NCBI RefSeq assembly: GCF_018977255.1
Contig: NW_024704747.1
Coordinates: 434,001-498,000 of the forward strand
DNA length: 64,000 nucleotides
Origin: Callorhinchus milii
Taxonomy: Eukaryota
Direction: 5' to 3'
Shown piece after piece: positions 11,353-24,714 of this stretch; the first letter of the stretch is position 1; the number at the start of each line of letters is the position of its first letter. The translations under genes and the position numbers were made by a program. Below the pieces are notes generated by a model, which worked only from the letters and a program-made list of their open reading frames with translations, did no database searches and was not told where the DNA came from.

Positions 11353-14300
11353 ATGGCCCTACTGAAAGTTTTCGGTCAGATTCGGATCAACAGCATCCAG
11401 ACAGGGACGACACGCTGGCGTGAGGGCAACCTGGAGGTGGTGGAGAGGGACAACAAAGCCTCTCTCCTCGTTCGCTTCAAATGTGGCGGCCCCACCAGAA
11501 CATTCCAGGTACCTCAGGGACTATGGTTCAGTGGAGTCTGACACCTCTGCCTGTGTGGGGGCACTTGTGAGCCAGGCTGGGGGTGCCCTATGTGTAAGCC
11601 TGAGGGGAGAGACCCTGTGTGTAAGCGGGGTGGGTGGGTGCAGGGGCGGGAGGCACAGACTGTGAATGTTGATAAATTCCCGGGAAGTGAATGCAAGCCA
11701 GGCAGCCCGTCAGGTCTGGGCTGGTGTTTCCCTCCACATGTTTTACCTAATTTAATCCACTCACCTGCTGCTCCCCCAGACTCTCTGAGTATCTAGCTAA
11801 ATCCTTTTAAACAAATTGATGAACGCTCCTTCAACAAGGGTTTGTGGCAGAGAATCTGGCAGCGATCACCCTATGCCACTCTGTCACTGAATCCCAAACA
11901 CAAACAGCTCTCCCCAGTCACGCACTCACTAACTCAAGGTTACTGTGTGACTAGTTGTGTGTATTAATGAGGTTGCTGTATGACTAGATGTGTGTATTAA
12001 TGAGGTTGCTGTATGACTAGATGTGTGTATTAATGAGGCTGCTGTGTGATTAGCTGTGTGTATTAATGAGGCTGCTGTATGACTAGCTGTGTGTATTAAT
12101 GAGGTTACTGTGTGATTAGCTGTGTGTATTAATGAGGTTACTGTGTGACTAGCTGAGCCGCAATGTGAAGACAGTGAAGATGAGCCCCGCGGTGAAGCAG
12201 GAGACCCGGCTGATGCTGACGCTGCAGGACAAGAGCAGCCTGACCATCGACAAGGCCCCAAGCTCCCAGGCTCAGCTCCTCGTGGACTTCTTGGAGGATC
12301 TGAGCAGCGAGAAGCTTCCAAGCGGTGAGTTGTGGCGTTCAGTTTCAGAACCGGCGCATTTTGTGTGTGTGTGTGTGTGTCAGCCCAACTCAGTGTGTGT
12401 CAGCCCGGCTCGGTGGGAGCGCTCTCACCTCTGAAACAGAAGATTGTGGGCTCAAGACCCATATTGGGACTTGTAATCACACAGTCTAAGCTGACGCTCC
12501 AACACAGCACAGTTGGATAGTCAGAGACACCATCCTTCAGACGAGACGTTAAAACCAAGGTTGGTTTATTTCCTCATCCACAGGACAATCCCACACTCGA
12601 GTATGGTATATACTGTAGTTGCTCTCACATCGGAAGCTCAGGGGCGCTGTATATATATGTGTGTGTGTGTGCGTGAGATGCTGACCCTGACGTGTGTTCA
12701 CTTTCCCTCAGGAATGAAGCTGACCCCGGGATCAGGCAGTTTTGGGGGAACATTGGGGAAGAGGATTCCCTCAAAGGAAAGTCACAGGCAGTTGTGTAAC
12801 ATAGAGAACCAGGTGAGGCAATGGGGAACCTGATTGGGACCCGCTCTGTGCTACAGTGACTGGTGGGGAGTGCTGTGTGCGGGGAAGGGGGAGATGTGCT
12901 TCTGTGGCTGACCTCCATCTATGTGTCACAGACCCCAGTGAGGAGGGAGGAGGCTGCGTTGAGGGAGGAAGCTGTGGTGAGGAAGTCTCCAGCAGGGCCA
13001 AGCAGGGCTGGGCTGCGGCCGCCTGTGCCGGTGGTGGTGACGGTTCCCGGGAACAGCCGGAGCGGATCCCAGAGCCCCAGCTCTTACAGTAACAGCCGGA
13101 ACATCCTGGCAGAGAACAGGTGGGAAACAGCAGCATCAACAGCCAGTCACTAGGAGGTTGTCACTGTGGAGCTCACTGAACTGTCTCACTTGCTGCCTGT
13201 TTTGGGGGCACAGTGGGTGGGTCAGTATATGGGGGCTGTATAGGGGGCACTGTGTGAGTGGGGCTTGTCACTGTAGGGTGGAGGGCGCTATGTGAGGTGG
13301 GCGTCTTGCTTGCTGCCTGTTTTGGGGGCCTGTGGGTGGTGGGGGTGGGGGTTCAGTGTTGGGGGGGGGCTGGTTGTATGTGGGGGGTTGTGGAGGGGGA
13401 GCAGTGTGTGGGTGTGGATCATGGTGGGGGGGTTGCTGCGTGTGTGGGGGTGTTTGTCACTGTGGTGGGGGGCACTGTGTGAGTGGGGAGGAGTCTCACT
13501 CGCTACATGTTTTGCTTAAGGAGTGAGAAGAGGAAGAGGCTTCCGGCCCCAGAGCCAGAAACGGCTGAAGATTATCCCAAAGAGAATGATTCCTCCAGGT
13601 CAGTTACAACACCAGCTGGGTAACGGGGGAAGGTGAGGGGAGAGGGTGACAGTGTGGGAGAGAAGGTTGAGAGCTTGGCTTAAAATGTGTGGAGGGGTGG
13701 GAGGAGGGAGAGGGTGACCAGGGACCGGGAGGTAAGAGGGAGAGAGTGGTGGGAGGGTTGAGGAGAGGGTGAGGTTTAAGAGCTCGGCTCGGTAGAGGTG
13801 AGGAGGGAGCAGGGGGGAAGGGCTAAGGAGTGGGAAATTAACGGCTAGGCTCGGTCCGGGGGTAGAGAGAGGGGGAGGTGGAGGATGAGGTGGGGGAGTT
13901 GGGTGGTGGAGGATGGCTGGCGGGGGGGTTGTGGGGATGCGGATTGAGGGCTCGGCTCAGGGTTAGAAATAAGGGAGGGGAGGGTGAGAGGGGTGGCGGG
14001 GGAAATAGGGTAGCTAGGGTTAATGGCTCGGGCTGGGGATAGAAGGGGAAGGGTTGGGGGGTGTTGAGGATGGGTTACAGGTTGAGGACTCGGCTCGGGC
14101 TGGAGGTAGAGTGACCATGGCTGGAATTTCCACAGCAATAACCAGGCCTGGAGCGACACTGGCCGGAGGTTCCTGAGCAGCAGCCGTGACAAACAGCTCA
14201 GCCTCCGTCAGGCAGAGGATAATAAGCCGAATGGTGAGTGTCTGCCCTGGGCCACAGATCCCGGTACCCTCCTCACCTCACATTCCCCCCAGCCCCACGT

Positions 14301-17300
14301 GCTCTAGATGTAGTGATATCATCACTGACAGCCCCCTGCCCAGACCCTGGGGGGGGGGGCGTGCTGCTGCATACTGGGAGAGAGGGCTAAGAGCCTGGTG
14401 TCATGTGACTGTGTCTCCTTCTCAGGGCCGCTGTCGTTGCCGGTGCCATCGGCCTCTTTCTACGGCAGCAAAGCCTCAGCCAGGGATTACACTACTGGGA
14501 ATTCAGTGCTCGACAGGTAAGCTCTGTGTCAGCCCCTGGGCAAACTCCCAGCGTCTGAGTGGGGTGGCGGTCAGGGTAAGCTCCCAGTGAACTGTGAGGG
14601 TGGTCAGCCTTGGACAAGCAACTTTGACTGCTGGCTTTCTTCCTGTGAAAGGGGGAGGTGGGTGTGCTTTGTTGTGTGTCCTGGTAACATAAAGCCCACA
14701 TTGAGACCTTTGAGGCTGAATGAATGAAGCTGTAAAGTATCCAGTGGTGTTGATGTGTCAGCCTGGCTCCCTCCCCTGAGCAGCAGGTTATGGGGTGGTG
14801 ACTTGCTGATTTATTATCCATTCTAAATCCTGCGTGTGTGTCTCTCTCGCTCTATCGTTCTGCCTGTCTGTATCTGTCTCTGTGTGGGTATGTGTCTGTC
14901 TCTCTCTATCTGTCTGTGTGTCTGTCTATCTCTCTCTCTCTCTCTGTGTCTCTCAGGACCAGCCTTTCAAGCCAGAATCCTTCAGTAAAAAAGACCCCAG
15001 GATTTTTGCCTCAGCCGAGCCCTCAGTCTGCAAAGCGACTGCGTCTCAATCAGGATTATGCCGGCTGGAACAAGCTGAGAGTCCAGCCCTCCACACAGCA
15101 GCCACAGCAGCTGCAGGGGTGAGTACAGCACAGCACAGAGCAGGGAAACACCACCTGCAGAAATGTGACAGTGAGGCCAGAGCTGTGTGAGAATGGATTT
15201 CAGTTTGTGGAGTCCTGTAGTGTGAAGAGGACCCGGGTTCGATTCCTGGGCGAGGCGTAACCTTAGTCAAGTTTCCTTACTCCACACGCCTCTGCTTACC
15301 AGCAGTACGTAGAAATTCGGTTGTTAGTTGATTGGCAGATCACTTTTCCTGGGGTATTAATTAATAATAATAATCCTCGCATTTGATATACGTCTCAAAG
15401 CGCTTCACAGAATATACTGTAAAGTGAATTGACTATATTTTGTGGGAGAAACGCTTCCCTTCAATTTAAATAATAATAATAATAATTTGGTCACTCAATC
15501 TATGACTGTTTGTGGGACGCTGCTGTGTGCAATTGGCTGCCGTGTTTCGCCCACAAAATACACAGTCAATTCACTTTATTCTGTGAAGCGCTTTGAGATA
15601 TCTCGAAGACGTGATAAGGTGCTATATCAAATGCAAGAATTATATTATCAGTTACTGTAAACTTATGTGAGACTGTATAGCTGATGGAGGGTATAGTGTG
15701 TGTATGTTGTGTGTGGGGTGAGGGTGTGTGCGCGGGGGTGTGTGCATGCACGTGGGGGGTGTGCCCGGGGTGTGTGTGTGGAGTGGGGGTGTTGTACATG
15801 TGCGGGTGGACTCCTGTAACTGGATTCCCTCTGAATGGCAGGTTCTCTAACCTGGGGAATACCTGCTATATGAACGCTATCCTGCAGTCGCTGTTCTCCC
15901 TGCAGTCGCTATCCATTGATCTGCTGAAGCAAGGCATTCCCTGGAATAAGATACCAACCAACGCACTGCTCAAGTGAGGCTGGCTGGCTGCTGGGTTCGG
16001 GGAGGGGGTGGGGGCAATGATGGGAGTTAGGGCTGTGGGATGGGAGGGGCAGGCAGTGAGGAGATTTGGGTTAGGGTTGTGGGGGCACGGGACGGTGGGG
16101 GGCGGGCAGGCAGTATGGAGAGTTGGGTTGGGATGGGTGGGATGCAGTGACGGGTTATGGATGTGGGGGAGCTGGGATGGGGGGGCCAGGCACTGTGGAG
16201 AGTTGGGTTGGGGATGACGGAGCAGTGAGGGAGGTTAGGGCTGTGGGGGCGCAGGAGGTCCAGGCAGTGTGGAGAGTTGAGTTGGGGTCCAGGGTGCAGT
16301 GAGGGGGCTTAGGGCTGTGGGTGGGGGACAGGGGTTCCAGGTGGTGTGGAGAGTTGGGGTGGGGGGTTTGGTGGGGAGGTTGGGTGGTGGGCGGGGGGCA
16401 GCGAGGATGTTAACCCTATGATGTTGTGTTGCCCTCGGCAGGCGCTTCGCCCACCTCCTGGCCAAGAAGGACAACTGCAGCCCAGAGATGAAGAAGGAGC
16501 TACTGAAGAAGGTGAAACACTCCATCTCGGCCACGGCAGAAAGGTTTTCCGGTTACATGCAGAACGTAAGCCTTGCTCAGAGCCCCCCAAAGTGTCACTG
16601 TCAGCCTCAGAGACTCACTGTGTGCAGCCGGGATCACAGTGTTGATGTCAGTATTTGAACAATTGTCATTACGATTTTATTTTCACATTCGGGGGATGTC
16701 AGTGCATTGACATCGGCTCAGCACCGACTCTGGCCCTGTTGTTAGATCGTAGTGCTGCAGTACGTCCTCTCTACCAACAGAGGGAGCAGTACTGCACACT
16801 GAGGGCTTTGTAGTAATGATAATAATCCTTACGTTTACTATAGTGCCTTATCAACCACGTTGTCAAGACGTCTCAAAGCGCCTCACAGGTTCTCGTGTAA
16901 AGCCAGTCGGCTGTTTTGTGGCTGCTGTGTTTGCAGGACGCCCACGAGTTCCTGAGCCAGTGTCTGGACCAACTGAAGGAGGACATGGAGCGGCTGAACA
17001 AGAGCTGGAGGAACGAGCAGGAGCCGGGGGGTGAGGGTCCAGCGGCTCACACCAAGCTCTATACCTGCCCCATCGTCTCCAACGTGGAGTTTGAAGTTTT
17101 ACACTCAATCAGCTGTAAAATGTAAGTGAACCAGAGCAGATGTGTGCGAGTGTGTGTGTCTAGGTGGGGTGGTGTGTGTGTGTCTGGTTGGGGTGTGTGT
17201 GTCTGGGTGGAGTGTGTGTGTGCCTGTGTGTATGGGTGTATGGGGGGCGTGGGGTGAGGTGATTGAGGCTGTATGTGTGTGAGGCACAGTGGCTGTGTGT

Positions 17301-20300
17301 GTGTGTGTGGGAGGTGTGGGGGTTGAATGAGGTGGTTACTGTGTGTGTGGTGGAGGTGTATCCAAGCCATGAACCACTCTGCCTTCCGTCACCTCTGTTA
17401 CATCGCCCGACTCCGCCACTACCTCACCCCTCAGGCGCTGAAACTCTTGTTCATGCCTTCATCACCTCCAGGCTCGACTATGCAAACTCCCTGCTTGTCG
17501 GCCTTCCCAAATCCTCCCTCCACAGCTGAAGATAATCCAGAACTCTGCAGCCCGTGTCCTCTCTCGCACCAAACTCCGTGACCCCTCTCCCCCATTCTCG
17601 CCCGACTCCATCGGCTCCCTATCCTTCAGAGGTTTAGCGCTTTGGGACTTCCTCCCGATGTGAAAGGCGCTCTATAAATGTAATTTTGTTGTTGTTTAAG
17701 ATCCTGGTCCTCACCTACAAAGCCCTCCATGTCCTCGCCCCACTCTACATCTGCGACCTCCTCACCCCCTATCAACCCGCCCGTTCCCTCCACTCAGCTG
17801 GCTCCGACTACTCCACGTCCCCCGACACACCCGCCCCACCATTGGCTGGAGAGCCTTCAGCCACTCTGCCCCCAACCTCTGGAATTCCATCCCCCAATCA
17901 TTCCGCCTCTCCCCCCCCCCCGCCCCCACTTAGCCTCCTTCAAGTCCCGCCTCAAATCCCTCCTCTTCGACCATGCCATTGATCACCCCCCTTGCCCTCC
18001 CCTCCCTTCTCCCCCCCCCCTGACCCCAGCTCGGGTCTGAAATGCTGTACACTGTCCAGCGCCCGGGGGAGCTGTGTGCGCGTGGGGGGGGGGAGGCGCT
18101 GTGTGCGCATGGCGGGGGGGCTGTGTGCGCGTGTGGGGGATGTGTGCGTGTGTTGAGGGCGTTTGTATCTGGGGTGGTGTCTGGATTGGGTGTGTCTGAG
18201 TTGGGTGTGTGTGTCTGGGTGGGGTGTATGTGTGTCTGGGGTGGGGTGTGTGTGTCTGGGGTGGGGTGTGTGTGTCTGGGGTGGGGTATTTGTGTTTGTC
18301 TGGGGTGGGGGGTTGTGTCTGGGGGTGGGGTGTGTATCTGGGGGTGGGATGTGTGTGTGACTGGGGTGGGTGTGTCTGGGGAGGGGTTGTGACTGGGGAG
18401 TGTGGGGTGTGGGGGTGGAGTTGTCTGTGGGGTGTGTTTATGTGGGGTGTATGTGGAGTGTTGTATGAGGAGGTGACGGTTTCTGCGTCACAGGTGCTGT
18501 GAAACCGTCACTAAGCGAGAGCAGTTTAACGACCTGTCCATTGACCTCCCGCGACGACGGAAGTCGCTGCCTCCACGATCCATCCAGGATTCTCTGGACC
18601 TGTTCTTCAGGGTGAGTGACTGAGGGTCCATCTCACTGACTGAGTGACACTGGGCAGCCATGTCTCCTGATCTCAATATAAATTATCTGCATTCTCTAGG
18701 TTTGCTGAGGACCGTTAACAAGAGGGAATGTGGTTAGCAATGAAGGAAATTGTAAACAACTTCAGGAGATGAATAGACGAGGACTGGTCAATGGGACAGA
18801 AAGAATTGCTCTTTTAAAAGGGCTGTTTCCCATAGAACCAGAAAGATGTACAGCACAAAAGGTGGCCCTAACCCTTTAAGATGTGCAGCAATGCTCTGAT
18901 CCCCACCTTGTCCGTGTGCTTTGGTGTGAGTGTGTAAGCTTTGTCGTTCGGTACAACCTGCTGCTGGTATTTAGTCGTTCCCATGTTCTGTTGCAGGCTG
19001 AGGAGATCGAATACGCCTGTGAGAAATGCCAGGGCAAAGCTGCTGTAGTCACTCACAAATTCAGCCGCCTCCCGAGGTCAGTGCTGTGTGTAGTGTGGTC
19101 TTTATCTTGTCTGTCACTGACCTGGGAGTGTGGACGCACAGTGTAGAGGGAGCTTCACTGTGTCTGTAACCCTGACCTGGGAGTGTGGACGCATAGTGTA
19201 GAGGGAGCTTTACTGTGTCTCTAACCCTGACCTGGGAGTGTGGACGGACAGTGTAGAGAGAGCTTTACTGTGTCTCTAACTCTGACCTGGGCGTATGGAC
19301 GGACAGTGTAGAGGGAGCTTTACTGTGTGTAAGCTGTACGGACAGTGCTCTCTCAGTGACTGTGTGGATATGCTGGTTACAGGGTACTGATCCTCCACCT
19401 GAAGAGGTACAGCTACAGTGTGGAGTTGTCAGTGAGCAGTAAGGTGGGGCAGCAGGTGAAGATCCCCAAGTACCTGAGTCTCCAGGCTCACTGCAGCGAG
19501 GGCACACGGGAGCCATTGGCTCTGGCTTCCAGCTCACAAGGCTCAGCGTGAGTGTGTGTGTGTGTGTGTGTGATAGAGAGCACGGGTGGGGAGTCACAGC
19601 TGGAGGGGAAGGGGGAGCTCAGCAGTGGGTGTAGGTGGGGGGAGTGGGCGCTAAGCGGGTGGGTTAACAATTAAAAATAATAATCCTGGTATTTGATATA
19701 ACGCCTCATCATGTCTTCAAGACGTCTCAAAGCACTTCACAGAATATACTGTAAAGTACAGTGACTATATTTTGTGGGCAAAGCATGGCAGCCAATTGCA
19801 CACAGCAGCTTTCCCACAAACAACCATGGGTTGGGGGTCGTCTGAGCGGATGTGGGCGGGGGAGGGGTGTTGAAGAGGGTATGCAGTGGGGGCTGAGCGG
19901 GGAGGGGGGCTGACCAGGGAGGGGTATTGGAAGAGTATGCAGTGGGGCTAAGTGGGGAGGGGTGCTGAGCGGGGAGGGGTGTTGAAGAGTATATGCAGTG
20001 GGGCTGACATAAACCCTTGTGTTGCTTTCCAGGCCACAGCCTCTCAAAACCTCACAGTCACTGAACTCCTGCACAGCCCTTCCCTCCACACTGGCCAGGT
20101 GAGTGGTCACTGCTGTAATTGTGGGGAGAAACTGGGCAAGAAACCATCTAAAGAGATGAGCCCCCTACCCCGCCCACACTCACACACAGGCTGTTACAGT
20201 CCCAGCACGAGGCGTCTTGTGTGTACAGGCTAAGCTGGTTTGTGTGTATGTGTGTGTGTGTACAGGCTAAAATGGTTAGTGTGTGTGTGCAGGCGAAGAT

Positions 20301-23300
20301 GGTTAGTGTGCGTGCAGGTTAAGCTAGTTAGCGCGTGTGTGTGTATAGGCTAAGATGGTTTGTGTATGTATGTGTGTCAGGCTAAGCTGGTTAGTGTGTG
20401 TGTGTCTACAGGCTAAGCTGATTAGTGTGTTAAGGCTAAGATGATTTGTATGTGTGTACAGGCTAAGCTGGGTAGTGTGTGTGTACAGGCTAAAATGGTT
20501 TGTGTATGTGTGTGTACAGGCTAAGCGGGTTAGTGTGTATGTGTATAAGGGATATGGGGAAATAGCGGGAAATTCGAATTGACAGGATTAATTGAAGTAC
20601 AGATCAGCCATGATCTATTTAAATGGCGGAACAGGCTCGAAAGGCTGAATGGCCTACCCCTGTTCCTATGTTCCTAAGGCTAAGCCGGTGTTCTCTCTGA
20701 CAGGAAGTACAGCTTTAAGCCTGCGGTAGTGTTGCTGGACTCTGACAGTGAGGAGGAGCAGCTGAGACGGGCCATGTCGCTGAGCCGGCAGCTAAACGAG
20801 CAAACACCGGACACGGAGCCCCAAACGGTCAGTCACTCGCCCTTGTCATCCCCCAAACCACTGCCCCCATTACCCCCAAACCACTGCTCCCGTCACCCCC
20901 CCAAACCACTGCCCCCGTCACCCCCAAGCCACTGCCCCCGTCACCCCCAAACCACTGCCCCCGTCACCCCCAAACTACTGCCCACGTCACCCCCCAAACC
21001 ACTGCCACGGGGCACCTTCATCCTGCTCCACCCTCTCACCAATAGCACTCCCTCGCCCTAATTTACCTGCCCCTCACCCCGCCAGCCCCCAGCTCCCTCA
21101 GCCAGCTCACTGCTGTGTGCTTTCCCAGTTCCCAATCGAAAATACTAATCATTGCATTTGCTCGAGCGCCTTAGTCACATCATGTTGTGGAGATGCCTGG
21201 GTGTAACGCTGCTCTCTCCCCAGGCAGTGAAGGGCAGCCGGCAGGAGGCTGAGGGGCCGGGGTCAGGGCTGCACACGGTGCTGGACGGGCTGACTGAGGA
21301 GGAGGTGCTGGCGGTTGTGTTGGAGATGAGCAGGCGGGAGAGCGTCCAGGCCGGGAGCTCAGAGCGGGAGGACAAGCCGAGCAGCAGCCCTGACACCGGT
21401 TTTGGGGAGGACGAGGCCCAGGAGTTCCCGGAGCAGCCAGTGACCATGGAACCTGAGGCCGTGAGGTCCAGCGCGCACCCAGGTGTGAGGGTCAGCGCGC
21501 GCACCAGTGTGAGGCTAGTGACAGGGAGCGGGGACTTGTTAGTGAGACAGCTCGACTGATGAAGGAAGAAATGAGGATTGTGTGTGGGGGGGACTTTGTG
21601 TGTGTGTGTGTGTGTGTGTGGGGGGGAGGTGGGGCTGACACAGGCAGTCACTGTGTGTGTGTGTGGGAGGTGGGGCTGACACAGGCAGTCACTGTGTGTG
21701 TGTGGGAGGGGGGCTGCTGACACAGGCAGTCACTGTGTTGTGACCGACAGAGGCTGTGTCTGTGGGGAAGGATGGCGATGAGAACAAGGAGAACAAGACA
21801 CCTGATGGCTGGTGTGAGGGAGACTGGCTACAACAATACCAGCTGGACAGGGAGCGAGAGGAGCAGGAGCTACAGCAGGCACTCGCTCAGAGCCTCCAGG
21901 AGCAGGTCAGCCCGCAGAGCAATGGCGAGGGCGAGACGAGGGCGGGGCTGTGAAGGGCAGAGCTGACATTGTTACCTCCTGCCCACAGGAAGCTCGCGAC
22001 CTGAAGGAAGACGATGATCTGAAAAGGGCGACAGAGTTGAGCTTGCAGGGTAACCTCCCGCCCCCCTCCCCTGCGCCACACACTACCCGCCGCACCCCCC
22101 ACCCCGCACACACACTGCCCTCCCCCCCACACACACTGCCCTCCCCCCACCCACACACACTGCCCTCCCCCACACAAACACACTGCCCTCCCCCACACAA
22201 ACACACTGCCCTCCCCCACACAAACACACTGCTGCCCCCCCACCCGGCGTGAGTGACTGGCTGATGGTTACAGTGTGTGTGTGTGTGTGTGACTGTGGCT
22301 GATGGTTACAGAGTGTAATAGCTCCTTTGGGGAGTCGCTGGGGTCTGACGAGGATTCTGGTAACGAGGATGGGGATTTCCTGGATGTGGATTTCTGTCAG
22401 AACGCAGAACTCAAGCGGTGTACAGAGGTGAGCATCTCCCCTGGGTGGGGGGGTGGGGGGGTGGGGAGGGGGAGGCAACTGCATATGTGTGGGGGAGAGA
22501 GGATGTGTGTTGGGGGGCAGTGTATGTGGGGGAGAGTGTATGTGGGGGAGAGTGTGTGGGAAGGGGGCAGTGTGGGTGAGGGGTCTGTGTGCATGGTGGG
22601 GCTAACCCCCTGACAACAATAACAACTTATACATATAGCGCCGTCCACGGAGGGTAGCACCTCAGAGCACTTAACAGTGGCGGAGCCTGATTGAACCGGG
22701 TGGGGTGGGCGGGGGTTGTAACAGGATCGAAGAGGAAGGTTTTCAGGTGGGACTTAAAAAAGGCAACAAGGGGGCAAGGAGGAGGGAGTGAGGGAGCGTG
22801 TTCCAGAATTTCGGGTGTAGTGGCTGAAAGCGTGTTCTCCAGTGTGGGACGGAGGGTGCGAGGGACGAGCAGGAGGCGGTGCAGTCGAGCTGAGGCGCCC
22901 GGTGGTGGATTGGGTAGTGAGGAGGTCGGAGAAGTCGGGAGGTGGAGGGAGTGGGGAGATTTGAACACAAGTGTGATGGGCTGTGTCTGTGCAGATGGAG
23001 GAGCTCAGTCATTCCTATCGGCTCATCAGTGTGGTCAGTCACATCGGCAGCTCCTCCTCCTCTGGTCAGTGTAACACGTGCTACTCACACTGATACAAGT
23101 CACATTCATTCACACGCCGCTCCGCAGTCATTCACACTGACACGGCACTCACTGCCACTCACACTCACACACCCACATGCTGTGCTGTCCTCCCGCAGGG
23201 CACTATATCAGTGATGTGTTTGACATAAAGAAGCAGACGTGGCTGACGTACAACGACCTTGAGGTGTCTCGCACGGCGGAGACCAGCGTCCAGTCCCAGC

Positions 23301-23952
23301 GGCAGCGAAACGGCTATATCTTCTTCTACATGTGCACGTGAGTATCTGTCACCGCGACAACCCCCCACCCCCACCCCCACATATTGTCATACAGCGCTGA
23401 GCCCCTCACCCCCACATACACACACAGGCATACATACCCCCAGTGCAGCCCCTCTCCCCCCCCACACCACACACACACAGGGCAGTTCACTGTGTGCTGT
23501 GCTTTGATGCCAATCTCTGCTGTAAAGCTGTTCTATGCTGTGGGGCTGTGCTCTAAAGCTGTGCTGTGAGGCTGTGCTGTGGGGCTGAGGCTGTGCTGTG
23601 GGGCTGAGGCTGTGCTGTGGGGCTGTGCTGTGGGGCTGAGGCTGTGCTGTGGGGCTGAGGCTGTGCTGTGGGGCTGTGCTGTGTGGCTGAGGCTGTGCTG
23701 TGGGGCTGTGCTGTGGGGCTGTGCTGTGGGGCTGTGGCTGTGGCTGTGCTGTGAGGCTGTGCTGTGGGGCTGTGGCTAAGGCTGTGCTGTGGGGCTGTGG
23801 CTGAGGCTGTGCTGTGAGGCTGTGCTGTGGGGCTGTGCGGGATAACGCTGTCTGTTGGCCTCAGGGAAACACTTGAGGAGTTGGTGGAATTGGAGAGAAG
23901 TTCGCAGCCGTTGAGTGCGGAGTGGAGTCGGCCGGTGCTGCAGCCGCTCTGA
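11353..23952 (+). CDS. USP37: Ubiquitin-specific protease 37, 23 coding exons, 975 aa
   Basis: Exons: 11353-11508, 12153-12324, 12712-12812, 12932-13119, 13521-13598, 14136-14233, 14426-14516, 14957-15118, 15842-15973, 16442-16565, 16937-17121, 18494-18611, 18997-19076, 19383-19547, 20033-20098, 20704-20827, 21224-21482, 21751-21905, 21989-22049, 22312-22427, 22995-23064, 23199-23337, 23865-23952. Total 2928 nt, all GT-AG, phases consistent. N-terminal PH-like domain, Cys box GFSNLGNTCYMNAILQ, QNDAHEFL, His box SSGHYISD..YND, three UIMs, KEN box (DENKENKTP), DSGNED degron. Confidence 0.96.
11936..12155 (+). repeat. 33-bp minisatellite ending in the acceptor of USP37 coding exon 2
   Basis: GAGGTTACTGTGTGACTAGCTGTGTGTATTAAT, about 6.5 copies. 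Confidence 0.93.
15209..15648 (+). mobile_element. tRNA-derived SINE with a nested inverted tail copy
   Basis: Head at 15209, reverse-oriented tail at about 15363-15453, forward tail at 15490-15648. Confidence 0.8.
17362..18065 (+). mobile_element. L2-clade LINE 3' fragment
   Basis: AETLVHAFITSRLDYANSLLVGLP and FKILVLTYKALH. Further L2 pieces at about 22614-22972 (-), 31890-32430 (+), 38360-38595 (+), 58070-58690 (-), 61690-62070 (-). Confidence 0.85.
19116..19330 (-). repeat. 54-bp satellite, about 4 copies, USP37 intron
   Basis: Same unit as 2576-2986. Confidence 0.9.
23555..23838. repeat. GCTGT-based low-complexity tandem repeat in the last USP37 intron
   Basis: GCTGTGCTGTGGGGCTGAG variants. 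Confidence 0.9.
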
Positions 23953-24531
23953 CCGACCCCCACCAGCAGGCGGCGCTGTATCTGGTGACCACAGTGACTG
24001 ATTGACGTGGACGTCAGTGTCCATTCGTTCTCCCTCGTCTCCGGCCACTGACCGAGCGGCTTCATCGGGAGTCACTCACACGCCGCTAATCCGGGAGGAA
24101 TCCCACCTGGAATCCCGCAGGACTGTTGGGATGTGTTCTTTTCATGTGTTAATTTTTAAATATATATAAATATATGATAATGTGTGAGTGCCCCCTCCCC
24201 CCCCCCCGGCACTGTGTCGCTGTGGGTCAGCCCAGGGCCCGGGGCTACTGGTGAGATTCGGGGGCTGTGGGGGGAGCGCTGGCCGGGGGGGGGGGGGGAG
24301 CCCAGGGTCGGCGAGTTCAGTCCCTCCCAGAGCCTCAGCTATTTATGTTACACAGAGCTATTTATGTTGATTGTGGCGGTGGGGGGAGTGGTGTCCAGAC
24401 CGTTTGGGGACTTTACTTTAATGAGTTTCTTTCCTTGTTTGAATGAGAGGCGATTCTCTGTGTTTTAGCAGATGTTTGTGTGTGAAGCGGTTCCCGCACT
24501 GGGATCACCATCTGCTCAAAGAAATTGTGAC

Positions 24532-24552
24532 ATTAAACCCCGATTCATTAAA
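24532..24552 (+). terminator. Candidate USP37 polyadenylation signals (two ATTAAA)
   Basis: ATTAAA at 24532-24537 and 24547-24552, followed by GT/T-rich sequence, about 580 nt after the stop codon. Confidence 0.55.
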
Positions 24553-24714
24553 AACCCGCGACAAACGTCTGTCTTTTGCACAGTGTGAGTGCGTGGGGGG
24601 GGGGGGGGCAGTGTGTGTGGGGGGTCCGGGGGAAAGGTGGGGGGGGGCTGGGGGGCAGTGTGTGTGGGGGGAAGGGTGGGTTAGTGTGGGGGGTGTACAG
24701 TGTGAGCAGAAATG

